From: Macrostomum hystrix
Taxonomy: Eukaryota; Animalia; Platyhelminthes
Length of the DNA: 64,000 bases
Assembly (NCBI GenBank): GCA_950097015.1
Contig: CATNEN010000034.1
Location: 186,001 to 250,000 of the forward strand
Reading direction: 5' to 3'
Below, piece by piece: positions 1 to 10,229 of this stretch (within the stretch, counting starts at the first letter, position 1; each line of letters begins with the position of its first letter). A program made the position numbers and the translations under genes. Below the pieces are notes generated by a model, which was not told where the DNA came from, searched no databases, and saw nothing but the letters and a program-made list of their open reading frames with translations.

Positions 1-1
1 G

Positions 2-82
2 ACCCCTGGCAACGCTGGAGCTCCAGCGCTGTCATTCCACTTTGGTGGACATTTTGAGAACTGCACATTCAACCTTAAGTGA
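2..82 (+). other. C-terminal tail of an ORF entering from the left edge; possibly a Crypton/DUF3504-type tyrosine recombinase
   Basis: Frame 2 reads TPGNAGAPALSFHFGGHFENCTFNLK*. The F-x-NCTFN ending resembles C-termini I associate with Crypton/DUF3504 proteins. Only 26 codons are visible. Confidence 0.3.
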
Positions 83-785
83 GCTGCCTGAGTTCTAATA
101 AGAGCACGAGTAAGTGACATTTCTACTTGACAATGCCACACACGGTCATCTGGAGTATGCCGTGCAAACTGCTATGAAAATGTTGTCGCCGTTAATATTT
201 CGTAAACACCAACAACAATCCCCTTGTTGTACCGTTAATTCTTACTACGTTTTGAGCTCAAATAATTGCACTCTAAGTTTGCGTGCTGATAACGGTCATT
301 GACGCACGCATTTTAGGCCGTTGATGCACGCTGTCTATGGTAAAATCTAGCATTGACGTGGCACGCTGAGACTGCCTATCGTTTGATAATGTGGCATGTG
401 GTTATAATGTAGTGTGTTCTAATTTGGCTGTGTCTCGTTCGCTCTTGGCAAGCTGAATTCTTGACTCTAGTGTGTTTGTTGTCTGTGTCCTATCTTTGTT
501 TACTGAGGCAATGGTTGGTCTAATCCCCTCTGGGCATGTGACTTCTGTAGGGTCTGCTGCCCTTCCTTTAGACTTGAACTCTCGAAGCGGGCCCGGGGCA
601 CTGATGGCCTTATTTTCCATCTTTCTTGATGTACTCTATGGCCCATTCCCTGCGGCGGAGTGGTGGCTGTAATTGTCGCTCGCGAGGCCCCCGCGCTTTC
701 TGAGGCTGGGCTATATCAATGCTTTCCCCGGGGTTCCCTGCTTATTTTAAAGTGGCTATCTTCATTCGATTTTCTCTACGCTATC

Positions 786-1040
786 ATGTCGCGTTTTGAA
801 GTTGCCCGACTTACGGAGCTTATTGCCCATGTGGTGGCACGAATCAGTCGCCTAGAAGCCCGCCTAGCCGTTGAAATGTCGCGCACCACCTCTCTTGAGA
901 ACGGCTTGTTGGCTCTGCGTGGGCTGTCTGGCGGTCTGGGGGCCGGAGGCCTGGTTCTGCTAATCCTGGGCCTCCTTGTACTATTATTTTGCTGCTGTCG
1001 GCGTCGGGGCCCCCTAACCGAGGCCACCATGGCACCATAA
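786..1040 (+). CDS. Small orphan single-pass membrane protein (84 aa): heptad coiled coil, Gly linker, TM helix, CCC-RRR
   Basis: ATG at 786 inside ORF 660-1040: MSRFEVARLTELIAHVVARISRLEARLAVEMSRTTSLENGLLALRGLSGGLGAGG-LVLLILGLLVLLF-CCCRRRGPLTEATMAP. No family recognised. Confidence 0.3.
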   Translation: MSRFEVARLTELIAHVVARISRLEARLAVEMSRTTSLENGLLALRGLSGGLGAGGLVLLILGLLVLLFCCCRRRGPLTEATMAP

Positions 1041-1127
1041 CTATTTGATCGGCCTCCGATTTCTGCGTGCTCTTATTTGACTTCCTAAACTTCTTGCTGT
1101 ATGCTTGTTCTGTATTTTTTTTATATA

Positions 1128-2560
1128 CACTCAGCAACATTGAAAAGTTTCCACCCTCGCGCAAGTTGTATATTTAGAGTTTTTGTCGCCAGACTTGTGC
1201 CATAGACGATTGATGATTTCGTCAACACGCACTTGGGCCATAGAATTCAAAAACTTGGGTCATAGACGCCAGACAAGTCGAAGGAAAGTCACATGGAGCA
1301 GACAGCAGCATCTTACAGGAGTCTAAAATCCACTTTCGCAACCGAACGCAATGGTTCGCCAAATGACCGACCTGGAACGAGCGCGCGCCATTGGCATGCT
1401 GGACGCTGGGATGTCCATCCGAGCTGTTGCTCGCCAAATTGGGCGGTCACACAAAGCAATCCGCAAACTGCAGATCAAGTGCAGAGAAACGGGCAGCGTG
1501 GCGCACGCCACGCGCGGCCTGCGGCTCAATATGCGCAGTACAACTAGGAGGGCGGACCGGCGATTGCTGCGAATGGTAAAGGGAAGCCCCACATTGCCAG
1601 CCACCCTGCTACGGCTGATGTGGGCTGAAAGAAGCAGGCGAGGGAATGTCCTGAGCGCCCAAACCATCCGACGACGATTGCGGGAGTCGGGGCTGCGATC
1701 CCGTAAGATGCGCAAACGGTCACGCCTGACCCCAACCCATGTGGCCAGCCGGGAACAATGGGCAATGCAAAGGGTCCACTGGAGGCAGCAGCAGTGGCGG
1801 CGAGTGATTTTCACAGATGAGAGCCGCTTTCGATTGTTCCGTGCCGACGGCCGCATTCGCGTGTGGCGCCAGCCGCGCCAGGAGATGCTGCCGCAGCACG
1901 TGCAAAACTCTGAGAGCCAGTCAGCTTCTATTCACGTGTGGGCAGGCATCACAATGCACGCGAAGACGGAGCTCGTGTTACTGGATGCGACTGTGACTGC
2001 CGAGTCGTACGCCAACCTTCTACAGACGCGCCTGCTGCCCTTCATTGATGCTTCATGTGGTGGCGTGGGGAACTGCGTCCTCCAAGACGACAACGCCCCA
2101 CCGCATCGCGCAGCCGCTGTGGCGCATCTGAAGGAGCTGCTGCACCTGCGAACCTTGCGCTGGCCGTCCCGATCACCGGACATGAATCCCATAGAGCACG
2201 TTTGGGATTACCTGAAGCGCTCGATTCGGCGCGACAATCCGCCGCAAAATGTTGCCCAACTGCGCGAATCACTGTCTACTGCATGGCAACAACTACCGCA
2301 AGATTTTCTGCGACGCCTGGTTCTGGGGATGCCCCGGAGAGTGAGCGCTCTGCTGCACTCACGTGGCTGCTATACGCGTTACTGACCCTGTTCTGGGCGA
2401 GTTGTCACCCATGCTCGCGTACTTTGTTTCTTTGCTGTTCCTTTGCTTCGGTCGATTCCGGATTATATATTTGTCTATGGCTCAAACCACGAATATCTCC
2501 ACAGACCAAAACGTTGCCCCTTCGCGCGCTAGGGTGGAAACTTTTCAATGTGGCTGAGTG
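1128..2560 (+). mobile_element. Full-length Tc1 DNA transposon (1433 bp)
   Basis: 30-bp TIRs at 1128-1157 (CACTCAGCAACATTGAAAAGTTTCCACCCT) and 2531-2560 (one mismatch). TA on both flanks (1126-27, 2561-62). Single intact transposase ORF inside. Confidence 0.96.
1351..2385 (+). CDS. Tc1 transposase, DD34E, 344 aa, intact
   Basis: N-terminal HTH region, then IFTDESRF, LQDDNAPPH and WPSRSPDMNPIEHVW. I count 34 residues between the second D and the E. C-terminus RGCYTRY. Confidence 0.96.
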   Translation: MVRQMTDLERARAIGMLDAGMSIRAVARQIGRSHKAIRKLQIKCRETGSVAHATRGLRLNMRSTTRRADRRLLRMVKGSPTLPATLLRLMWAERSRRGNVLSAQTIRRRLRESGLRSRKMRKRSRLTPTHVASREQWAMQRVHWRQQQWRRVIFTDESRFRLFRADGRIRVWRQPRQEMLPQHVQNSESQSASIHVWAGITMHAKTELVLLDATVTAESYANLLQTRLLPFIDASCGGVGNCVLQDDNAPPHRAAAVAHLKELLHLRTLRWPSRSPDMNPIEHVWDYLKRSIRRDNPPQNVAQLRESLSTAWQQLPQDFLRRLVLGMPRRVSALLHSRGCYTRY

Positions 2561-3145
2561 TATTTTATTTTATTTTTTTTGTGTGCATTATAGTGTGAGT
2601 TCTTTTGCCAATGATTGATGTGTAATTGCTTGACACGTCGGAGTGGATATACTAACAATAAGTGTTAATTGATATTTTTGTAAACGAAAACAATGAGTGT
2701 TGGATCATGAAATTTGATGAAGCCTTGCCTTTGTACTCTTCGTTTTTCTAAACTTAAATTCAATTTGATTGACGGGCCTGGCTTCCCCAGATGCGTCTGT
2801 GGACTCCTGCCTGAAAATTAGCTATTTGAGTGTATGCATTTTTGTTGTAATCTTAGATTTATCCAGGATAGTCCCTGAAATGGTGCATAGCGCCTAGGCT
2901 GGAAAGTGCCATGTTTTTGCGTTACCTTGGTGATAAGGACATAGTGTTTTTATCCAGATCATGGATCGGTTATACGAGTACTAACGAGATTTTTATTGTT
3001 CGATTGATTGATGCTTAGTATAATCACCTTGTACTTGTTATTTCTGTAGTGAATGTTTATGTTTTTTTGGTTATTCTGGTTGAAAAAGAAAGAGAAATGA
3101 AATAAAAAGGACGTACCTGATTTTTGTTTACGTGCGGCTGACGGC

Positions 3146-3356
3146 CATGAGTCAGACTCTGGTTAAGCCATGATTCAAACTCTGGTTGGCTATGATTCAA
3201 ACTCTGGTTAGCCATGATTCAAACTCTGGTTGGCTATGATTCAAACTCTGGTTAGCCATGATTCAAACTCTGGTTGGCTATGAACCCTATGATTCAAACT
3301 CTGGTTTAGCCATGATTCAGACTCTGGTTTTGCCATGATTCAAACTCTGGTTTAGC
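3146..3356. repeat. 22-bp minisatellite (TCTGGTTAGCCATGATTCAAAC)
   Basis: About 9 tandem copies visible. Confidence 0.85.
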
Positions 3357-3376
3357 CGTAGTAGTAGGGCGAATTA

Positions 3377-3680
3377 TGACACTGCCGCATTAGCACTGGG
3401 GAGATAGGAAAGCAATGTAAAAGGATAGGAGCGGGGCCTACACAGTGGAGATATGCAGGCCAATCAGGTGGGTTTGTGCAGGAGACCATTACTGTGCTAA
3501 TGGCACGGCCGCATTAGCACTGTGGAGATAGGAAAGCAATGTAAAAGGATAGGAGCGGGGCCTACACAGTGGAGATATGCAGGCCAATCAGGTGGGTTTG
3601 TGCAGGAGCCCATTACTGTGCTTATGACACTGCCGCATTAGCACTGTGGAGATAGGAAAGCAATGTAAAATGATAGGAAG
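3377..3680. repeat. 124-bp tandem repeat, about 2.4 copies, each full unit with a CCAAT box and a GC-box-like motif
   Basis: CCGCATTAGCACT recurs at 3385, 3509 and 3633. Units contain GGCCAATCAG and GGAGCGGGGC. Confidence 0.85.
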
Positions 3681-3848
3681 GAAACGAATGCACTGCAGAG
3701 ATAAGAGAAATGGCTGGCCTATCTTTTTGCATTAGGGATGGATTAACGCTGCAGGGATAGGAAAAGAGGCCGGCCTATCTCTTTGCGCTGGGTGATTAAC
3801 ACAGCAGAGGTAGGAGTAGAGGGGGGGTGTGGGGGTGTAGGGGTGTAA

Positions 3849-4027
3849 CTATTCGAAGCTACCCAATGTGTATTCAACTGTACTCGAAACTATTCCAAGC
3901 TACCCATTGTATATTCAATTGTACTCGAAACTATCCGGAGCTACCAAATGTGTATTAAACTGTACTCGAAACTATTCGGAGCTACCAAAGGTGTATTCAA
4001 CTGTACTCGAAACTATTCCAAGCTACT
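3849..4027. repeat. 41-bp tandem repeat, about 4.5 copies; possible subterminal repeats of the downstream EnSpm element
   Basis: TATTCAACTGTACTCGAAACTATT recurs at 3871, 3912, 3953 and 3994. The link to EnSpm is inference. Confidence 0.8.
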
Positions 4028-4461
4028 GGAATCTGTTGCGAAGCAAATAAGAGTGAGTGATGGACGCAGTTGCGCGTGTTGACTCTGAAGACAGCTGGAG
4101 TTTATTTTTTGGGTTGTACGTTAGATGTGTTTAGGTCAGACAGAATTATTACCCGGATGTGATCCCAAATTAGGACAACTGTCTATCCATCATGATTTTA
4201 TCCTTTCCACTCTATCGGTGCGAAGTAAAGACGAACAAAAAATTTTATACCCGAAAAGTTGTTCAGCTTGGACGCTTTGAAGCACTGAGTGTGCTACTGT
4301 TTTAATCCTTTTAAGCCTTTGTTTTAAATCCTTTTATTACTGGGCCGTTTATACGACAGCATGCATGGTCGCATAGCTATTTGAGGTATTTGACATTCGA
4401 ATGTGCTTGGTCTGACTCGAGCTCGCAAGCTAGTATAGCCTGTAACTACGCTAGTTTACAG

Positions 4462-5532
4462 ATGGCCCAAGGCAGTGACGGCAGTCCGATTGACTGGTCT
4501 GCATTATTGGACCAGGTCATCATCGAGATGGCGCCAACCCGACCAGGGTCCCCAGCCGCATCGCCGCCTGGACGGGAGAGGACCGCTAGCGAGCTGGCCA
4601 GCCAGATATTTTGGTCGGATGAGCCACTCGCAATTCGGCTTCCTTCTCCCCCTTCTCCCCCTCCTCCGGATGTAGTTGTGTCGGCGTCGCCGCACGCCAC
4701 GTCACCAGAACCGACATCCCCTGTCCCCTCTGTGCAGTCGGAGCCACCGGAGCGCTAGGGGGAGGTACAAAACATCTAGGAGAGTAGACAGCACAGAAGA
4801 ATGATCAGGGAATTGTTGTCTAAATAAATACTTTACTTTTCTTAATTCATTCAACGACATGGGGGCACACCTGAAAAGGCAGGAGCACGCCATCCGGGAA
4901 CAGCAGCGCGAATTGCTGCGTCAGCGACGCGAGCAGGCGCAGCGTCGACTTGATGCCGTGGTAGAGGGCAACGATTGACGGGAGCAGTACGCGGGAGAAA
5001 TAGAGGGAATTACAATGAGACGTGACGATATTGGGGTACATTCACCATCTAAAGTATACTGTAGATTTCAGCAACTGCCTTTTCGACCCCCCTGATGTCG
5101 AGCTCGTTCAATCAACCCTCTTCTGCCAACGCCCGGCAGCTGGATGTTCAGGAGCAGCAACGGCAGCGCGCTCTTGATATGGGCAGCTCCAACCAGCAAC
5201 TCTGGGATCTCATGTATCCCGGTTTGGGGCATGAGGACAGGCGCAGTCTCGACGGCATGGAGGCCGATCTGCGGGACCAGAGGGAGGTCCTGGAGCGACA
5301 GCGCGGCATACTGCAGCAGCAGGAGCAGCTGCTAGAACAGCAGTTTTTACTCCTCCAACAACGCCGTGAGGAAAGGCTCCGCCGCGAGCGAGATGAGCAG
5401 CTGCTGGCGCAGGACGCCGAGCGGGAGCACCGCCGTGATGCCTCGGACTCCGATGATGATGACTTATTCCGCATTCCGCTACGTCAACGTCCCCAGGGCC
5501 CTCTTGTTCCACCTCACTTGCGGGAGCTGTAG
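4462..5532 (+). other. Three short GC-rich orphan ORFs (4462-4758 Pro/Ser-rich; 4859-4978 and 5095-5532 Gln/Arg/Glu coiled-coil-like) upstream of the EnSpm transposase
   Basis: Each is ATG-initiated and separated by more AT-rich spacers. No recognisable domain. Confidence 0.3.
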
Positions 5533-5668
5533 ATGGAGCTAAGAATAGGGCCTTAATTCAGGGTTTAGGGATTTTGTCGATTTCCGGATACCTTTACATT
5601 TCGCGCCGCACCCTAAAGTGTCTTACTGTCCTCTACTGTGTTCTACTGTCCTTCCACGACGTCCACAG

Positions 5669-7407
5669 GTTTTCCGGACTTCCCCTAAGAGCATATGCCC
5701 AGTGTACGTGTGCGTCACTGAGGTTCCAGATCGCCGAAAGTCCGAGTTCATCGTGACTGGAGGCTTCTGGTGCGGACGGCGGAAACTGGGCTGCATGGCA
5801 TTCTTGCCTATGCTCGTGGAGCATCTTGCCGCACTGCAGACGCTCGGAGTCCAGTACTCGACCGGAGGCGGAGCGGACGGCAGGCAAGCTGGAGTAGTAC
5901 GCCTGCATCCGCTGATCTTCCTGATGGACGCGCCTCAGAGAGCGGAAGCTGTGTGCCTGATGCAGCACAACGGGACCAATGGTTGCGACAAGTGCTACAT
6001 CAGCATCAGCAGTGTCGAGGAGTCAGGCCGGACCGTCAGGTTTTTTCCGCCTGATGTCTCAATGGCAGACTTGGGAGGCGGGAGGGTTGCGATAATGTCA
6101 GGCGGCGCACTCTCGCAGACACGGTCCACCTGGCACGAATTCGACCGCGGAACGTCGACAACCTGCTTGGTGTTAAGGGTGTGTCCCCATTGTACCGCCT
6201 GCCAGGCCTCGACTACGTCGGCGACACTCCTCCATGCTACTTGCACCAGCTTGAGGGCGGCCTGGTCAAGTACCTGATGCTGCAGCTTTTCCATAAGAGC
6301 AAATTGGACCCCCATGGCCGTAAGTGCAGGCAGCAGTACACATAAACACACTTGCCAATGTGCGCTACTTCCATTGACATTTTACCGCATCCAATAACCA
6401 CACAGGAAATCCTGACTACCGAGGTACAATCGCCGCTGTTGACCGACTGACTTCGGCGATTAAGGTACCGGGAAAGTGCGTCCAGCGTGCGCCTCGGTCT
6501 CTGAATGACCTGAAGCACTTCAGGGGCCATGAGTTTGAGGCCTGGTTGCTGCTGTATGGGCCTATGGTGCTACCAGCAGTGCTTGATGAAGCCTATGCGC
6601 AGCATCTGTTGGCGCTGTCGTCTGCATTTTTCTGGCTCACTCTAGACGGTGCCCCTCTGGCGGAGGTCCATAAGTGCAAAGCGACACTGCGCCGCTTTCT
6701 GCATCAGCTGCCAATCCTTTACTCGAGACGCGACCTCACCTACAATGCGCCATATGGTCTGCGAGCACATGGCTGACTTCGCGCTGCAATTTGGGCCAGT
6801 GCATCGCCTCTCAGCCAGTCTTTTTGAAGCTCAGCACTATAGGCTGCTGTCTAGGCTGCATGGCCGCAGACGCCTAGGTCCAGAGCTGCGCAACATCGTC
6901 GACGCAGACAGTGCCTGCCGCCGACTTCTGGGGTCCAGCCAACTGCCAGCTGGTCAGGAAGATGCTGATGATCGCCGGATCGTCGAAGGGGTGATGCTTC
7001 AGTGCCCCATTCGACAGTCCCCAGGAAAATTCCGCCACGCTGTTCTGCCTAATGGCTTTGCCCTGGAGTTGTTTCGGCCGAGTTTGGCGCACATGCGCAC
7101 GGTCTCCTGCTTTGTTGGAACCTTTGCGGACGTGGTCCCCGACGCTGCTCTTGACTTCGCAAGAGTCGAGAGCATTTCTGAGTCAGCCGGCACTGTATTT
7201 GTCCGCCTACGACCAGTGCGTGTCGCCGATGCACCCGCCGCACCGCTTGTCCTGCTCACTGGAGCTGCAGGTGGGGAAGAAGCAGGCTGTACCTTCACTC
7301 ACGCTCGGCGGCTAATGTGCGACCCCTTCGGCGAACTTCCTAGCGACATGGACACCGTCCAGCACTTTAGCTGCATCCTGCCGTCAGCGACACGCACATT
7401 GCGTTAA
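5669..7407 (+). pseudogene. EnSpm/CACTA (CMC) transposase, C-terminal portion, with one intron (6320-6405) and two frameshifts (~6130, ~6750)
   Basis: Motifs in order: VFRTSPKSICPVYVCVTEVPDRRKSEFIVTGGFWCG, MDAPQRAEAVCLMQHNGTNGCDKC, LGVKGVSPLYRLPGLDYV..YLHQLEGGLVK, IKVPGKCVQRAPRSLNDLKHFRGHEFEAWLLLYGPMVL, TYNA/HMVCEHMADFALQFGPVHRLSASLFE. A GT..AG 86-bp intron joins the frames exactly. Confidence 0.88.
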
Positions 7408-7558
7408 TGCCCCATGCCCAGGCTTCTTTCGCCTGAATGTGAACCCCTATAATACTGGCACTGGCACGCGGGGTTTCCCAGAACTTTCAATTCATTTCCC
7501 TTTATCTGTAACTGATATACTGGTTTCCCAGAACTTGTAACTGAACTTCCCAGAACAG

Positions 7559-7645
7559 TTCCTGAGTTCGATTCCGCGGCGAGGCCACATTTATTTGGGG
7601 CGCAGCCGCAGATAGAAGGCTTGGGGACTTGTAGTGCAATCTGTG
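7559..7645 (+). mobile_element. Fragment of tRNA-derived SINE (same family as 44798-45029)
   Basis: CCTGAGTTCGATTCCGCGGCGAGGCCACATTTATTTGGGGCGCAGCCGCAGA..GGCTT..CTTGTAGTGCAAT matches the B-box and body of the 44.8 and 60.5 kb copies. Confidence 0.7.
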
Positions 7646-7875
7646 ATGACGGTATCTCTGATATTCTGAAATGGGCAGAATGGCCTTCTCTAGGTCCAGT
7701 GACACCCATGTGTGGCACTATTCACTTTGTGTTCGTTAGAATTCGATCCTTTGAATACATACGATACTAATAAACGTGCTCTGACACAACGTGGGACAAG
7801 AGCACAACAAACTGATGTACTAATTTCCCCCTGATTGCAGCCAGCAGCTTGCTTTCGAATTTTTTTCCTAAAGAA

Positions 7876-9775
7876 ATGGCACCCAAGAAAACAACCTGTG
7901 ATCTTTGCGGGGCTGCGCCACCTGCCCTTTCCTGCCGCACCTGCAAGAAGAAATTCTGCGAGGCTTGTAGTGCTGTGACGCACCGGCATCCAGAAAGGCA
8001 GCGGCACAGGCCGCTCGCGATTGCCGATCGCGATACAGTGCAGCCAACCGCCACCACCGTGCCGAAGGATGTGACATCGGCCAGACTGGCACGGGAGGCT
8101 TCGGCTTTGGACTCTGGCCCCTCCTTCGCGGCAGCCCCAGCTCCGCCTGTCCACTCTGTGCCCGCCCAAGCCCCTCCGCCTGTCCCCTCTGTGCCCGCCC
8201 AAGCCCCTCCGCCTGTCCACTCTGTGCCCGCCCAAGCTCCTCCGTCTGTCCCCTGTGCCCGCCCAAGCCCCTCCGCCTGTCCCCTCTGTGGCTGCCGAAG
8301 CCCCTCCGCCTGTCCCGCCAGCCTTGTCTGCTCCCCAACCGCCAGCATCTCCAGCGAAGAGGCGGCGTCAACTACCAACGACGGCTGCGGCTTCCTCAGT
8401 CCCAGGTGGGTCAGAGCAGCAACTGGCACGTGCAGTTTCTGCCCCAGCGCAATTTCAGAGCTGTGCAATCCCGTCGAATTGCAACAGCAGCTCCCCCCGG
8501 GGGCTACAAGCGCTGGTCGGAGGTTGAAGTGTACTGCGCCAAAACCATCAGCCCCACAACTATATGTCACCGCGCAGTACTCTTTAATGGCCCCTTTGCA
8601 TCCTACTCCATTGCCAAGACGCACGAGCAGCTGTGCCGTAACCTGCCTCCCGATCCGGTTTCAGTGCAACCTACTTGCGTGCAGTGCCAGCTGCGAGACG
8701 CTCAGCTGCTGGAAGCACGCAGTGCTGCCGCCTCACTGCGAGATACGGTCAGCCGCACTGCAGCTGAAGCCAGCCAGCTGCGAGATGAGCTGGCAACGTC
8801 TATGGCAACTCAGGATGAGCTGCGGGGCGAGATTGATCGCCTGCGCAGTGTCATCGACGCACTGCATTTGGAGCAGGATCGCGACAGCGCACTTTTGGCC
8901 AACGGACTGGCATCCGTGGCTGCGCTGGTGGAGCAGCTCCGAGCTGTTCCTGCCGGGAAGCTCAGCAGCCGTGGCGCTTGCGCTGCAGATGTTTCTCAGC
9001 CTGCCCAGCTGCCCAGCGACCTCTTCGACCTTGCGCTGACTCCGATCAGCCAGGGAGTCAGTGACTCCGGAGTGACTGCAGGATACTCCAGTCAGAAGCC
9101 AGCTGCAGCCCGTTCTGCCACCAGCTGCACCCAGCGGCTCATGTCTGGCAGCTCGGTTTTGGTGAGGAGGCAAAATATTTCGCCAGTAGTAAAAGCCGTC
9201 CTTGTCATCATTCCTTCATCATCAGGGTCTTCTCGCAAAATATCTCACAGGTTACCCCGGCAGCCTGGTCTTTACTTGCAGCCGCTCTGGCCGAATACAA
9301 GGCCAACAGGACGGATGCCACTCGCCGCCTTCTGATTCGTAAACTGCTGCAGGCCGTGTTTTCCGAAGAGGAGATTCGGTCCTGCACATACAAGGGCAAG
9401 AGCCGCGGAGCCGAAGGTCGTATGGCCGCACCATTCGACAAGCGGCAGGCCGTCACGAGCTACTTGCTTAGTGAGGCTGGCTTGTCAAAGTGCGAGCGGG
9501 AGGTACATGACATCTTCCGGCGCCTCACGGAAACTCACCGCCGTGCCCTCCGCCCGCCTACCAGCACTCCAAAGAAAAGCAGAGGTGCCGACGCAGGCGC
9601 AGTGGGAGCCGCTGACGATGCAGCCGGAGCCGCTGCCGACGCCTCCGGAGCCGCTGCCGACGCATCCGGGGCCGCTGCTGACGCAGCCGGAGCCGCTGCT
9701 GAAGCAGCCGGAGCAGCCGTTGTAGATGACTTTGAAGAAGACAGTGACGGGTCAGATGAGGAGGCCATGGAATAA
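7876..9775 (+). CDS. Spliced EnSpm accessory gene: B-box zinc finger, Pro-rich repeat, coiled coil, BEN domain, acidic tail. Exons 7876-8405, 8488(or 8491)-9161, 9251-9775; 2-bp frameshift near 8250
   Basis: B-box: CDLCGAAPPALSCRTCKKKFCEACSAVTHRHPERQRH. Heptads: QLLEARSAAASLRDTV..LRGEIDRLRSVIDAL. The phase-0 intron 9162-9250 yields GSSVL|VTPAAW...LIRKLLQAVFSEEEIRSCTYKGK...FDKRQAVTSYL (BEN-like). The phase-1 intron 8406-8487 also restores frame. Confidence 0.75.
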
Positions 9776-9822
9776 CTGAATAACTCTCAACTTACAACTC
9801 TCTTCCTGTGGGTCACTCTAGG

Positions 9823-10095
9823 TGTGGTCTGCGCTGCCGCTCTTCCCCAGGTCGGGTCGGATGAGGCGAACAGGTCGGGGCTGCTGACCCATTTTTACAC
9901 TTGGGGTTAAAAGTTCTAAAGCGTCTCAACTCTTCCCCTTCTTAAAATAGCTAACGGAGTGCTGCACTTAACGGAGTTGATCGACACACTTTTGACCCAC
10001 AAAGGCGGTTCACTTTTTTCATCAGGTAGATGTGGTTTGGGCTGCCGCTCTTCCCCAGGTCGGGTCGGATCATGAGGCGAACTGGTCGGGGCTGC
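9823..10095. repeat. Two ~62-bp direct repeats (9823-9884, 10031-10095) downstream of the BEN gene; likely EnSpm subterminal region
   Basis: GCTGCCGCTCTTCCCCAGGTCGGGTCGGAT..GAGGCGAAC.GGTCGGGGCTGC occurs twice. Confidence 0.8.
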
Positions 10096-10229
10096 CTTCA
10101 ATTGCTTAGTCTTAATTAGGAAGCATGGAAATAGTAAGAAATGAAGCTCTCGCCTACACTCTAATTGGCTCCGTCTGCGCAGTTCAGGTTTTGTCTACTG
10201 CCAGGGCTGGCACCTCAACAGTTTCCATG

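Noticed and set aside
3100-10200. Terminal inverted repeats and TSD for the EnSpm element
   Set aside because: I could not find a convincing CACT/CCC-type terminal pair by eye, so element boundaries are not reported.
10125-10229. N-terminus of the 610-aa ORF as a genuine pol start
   Set aside because: The first ~35 codons show no gag/protease character; the ORF is a read-in from flanking DNA across the truncation junction.
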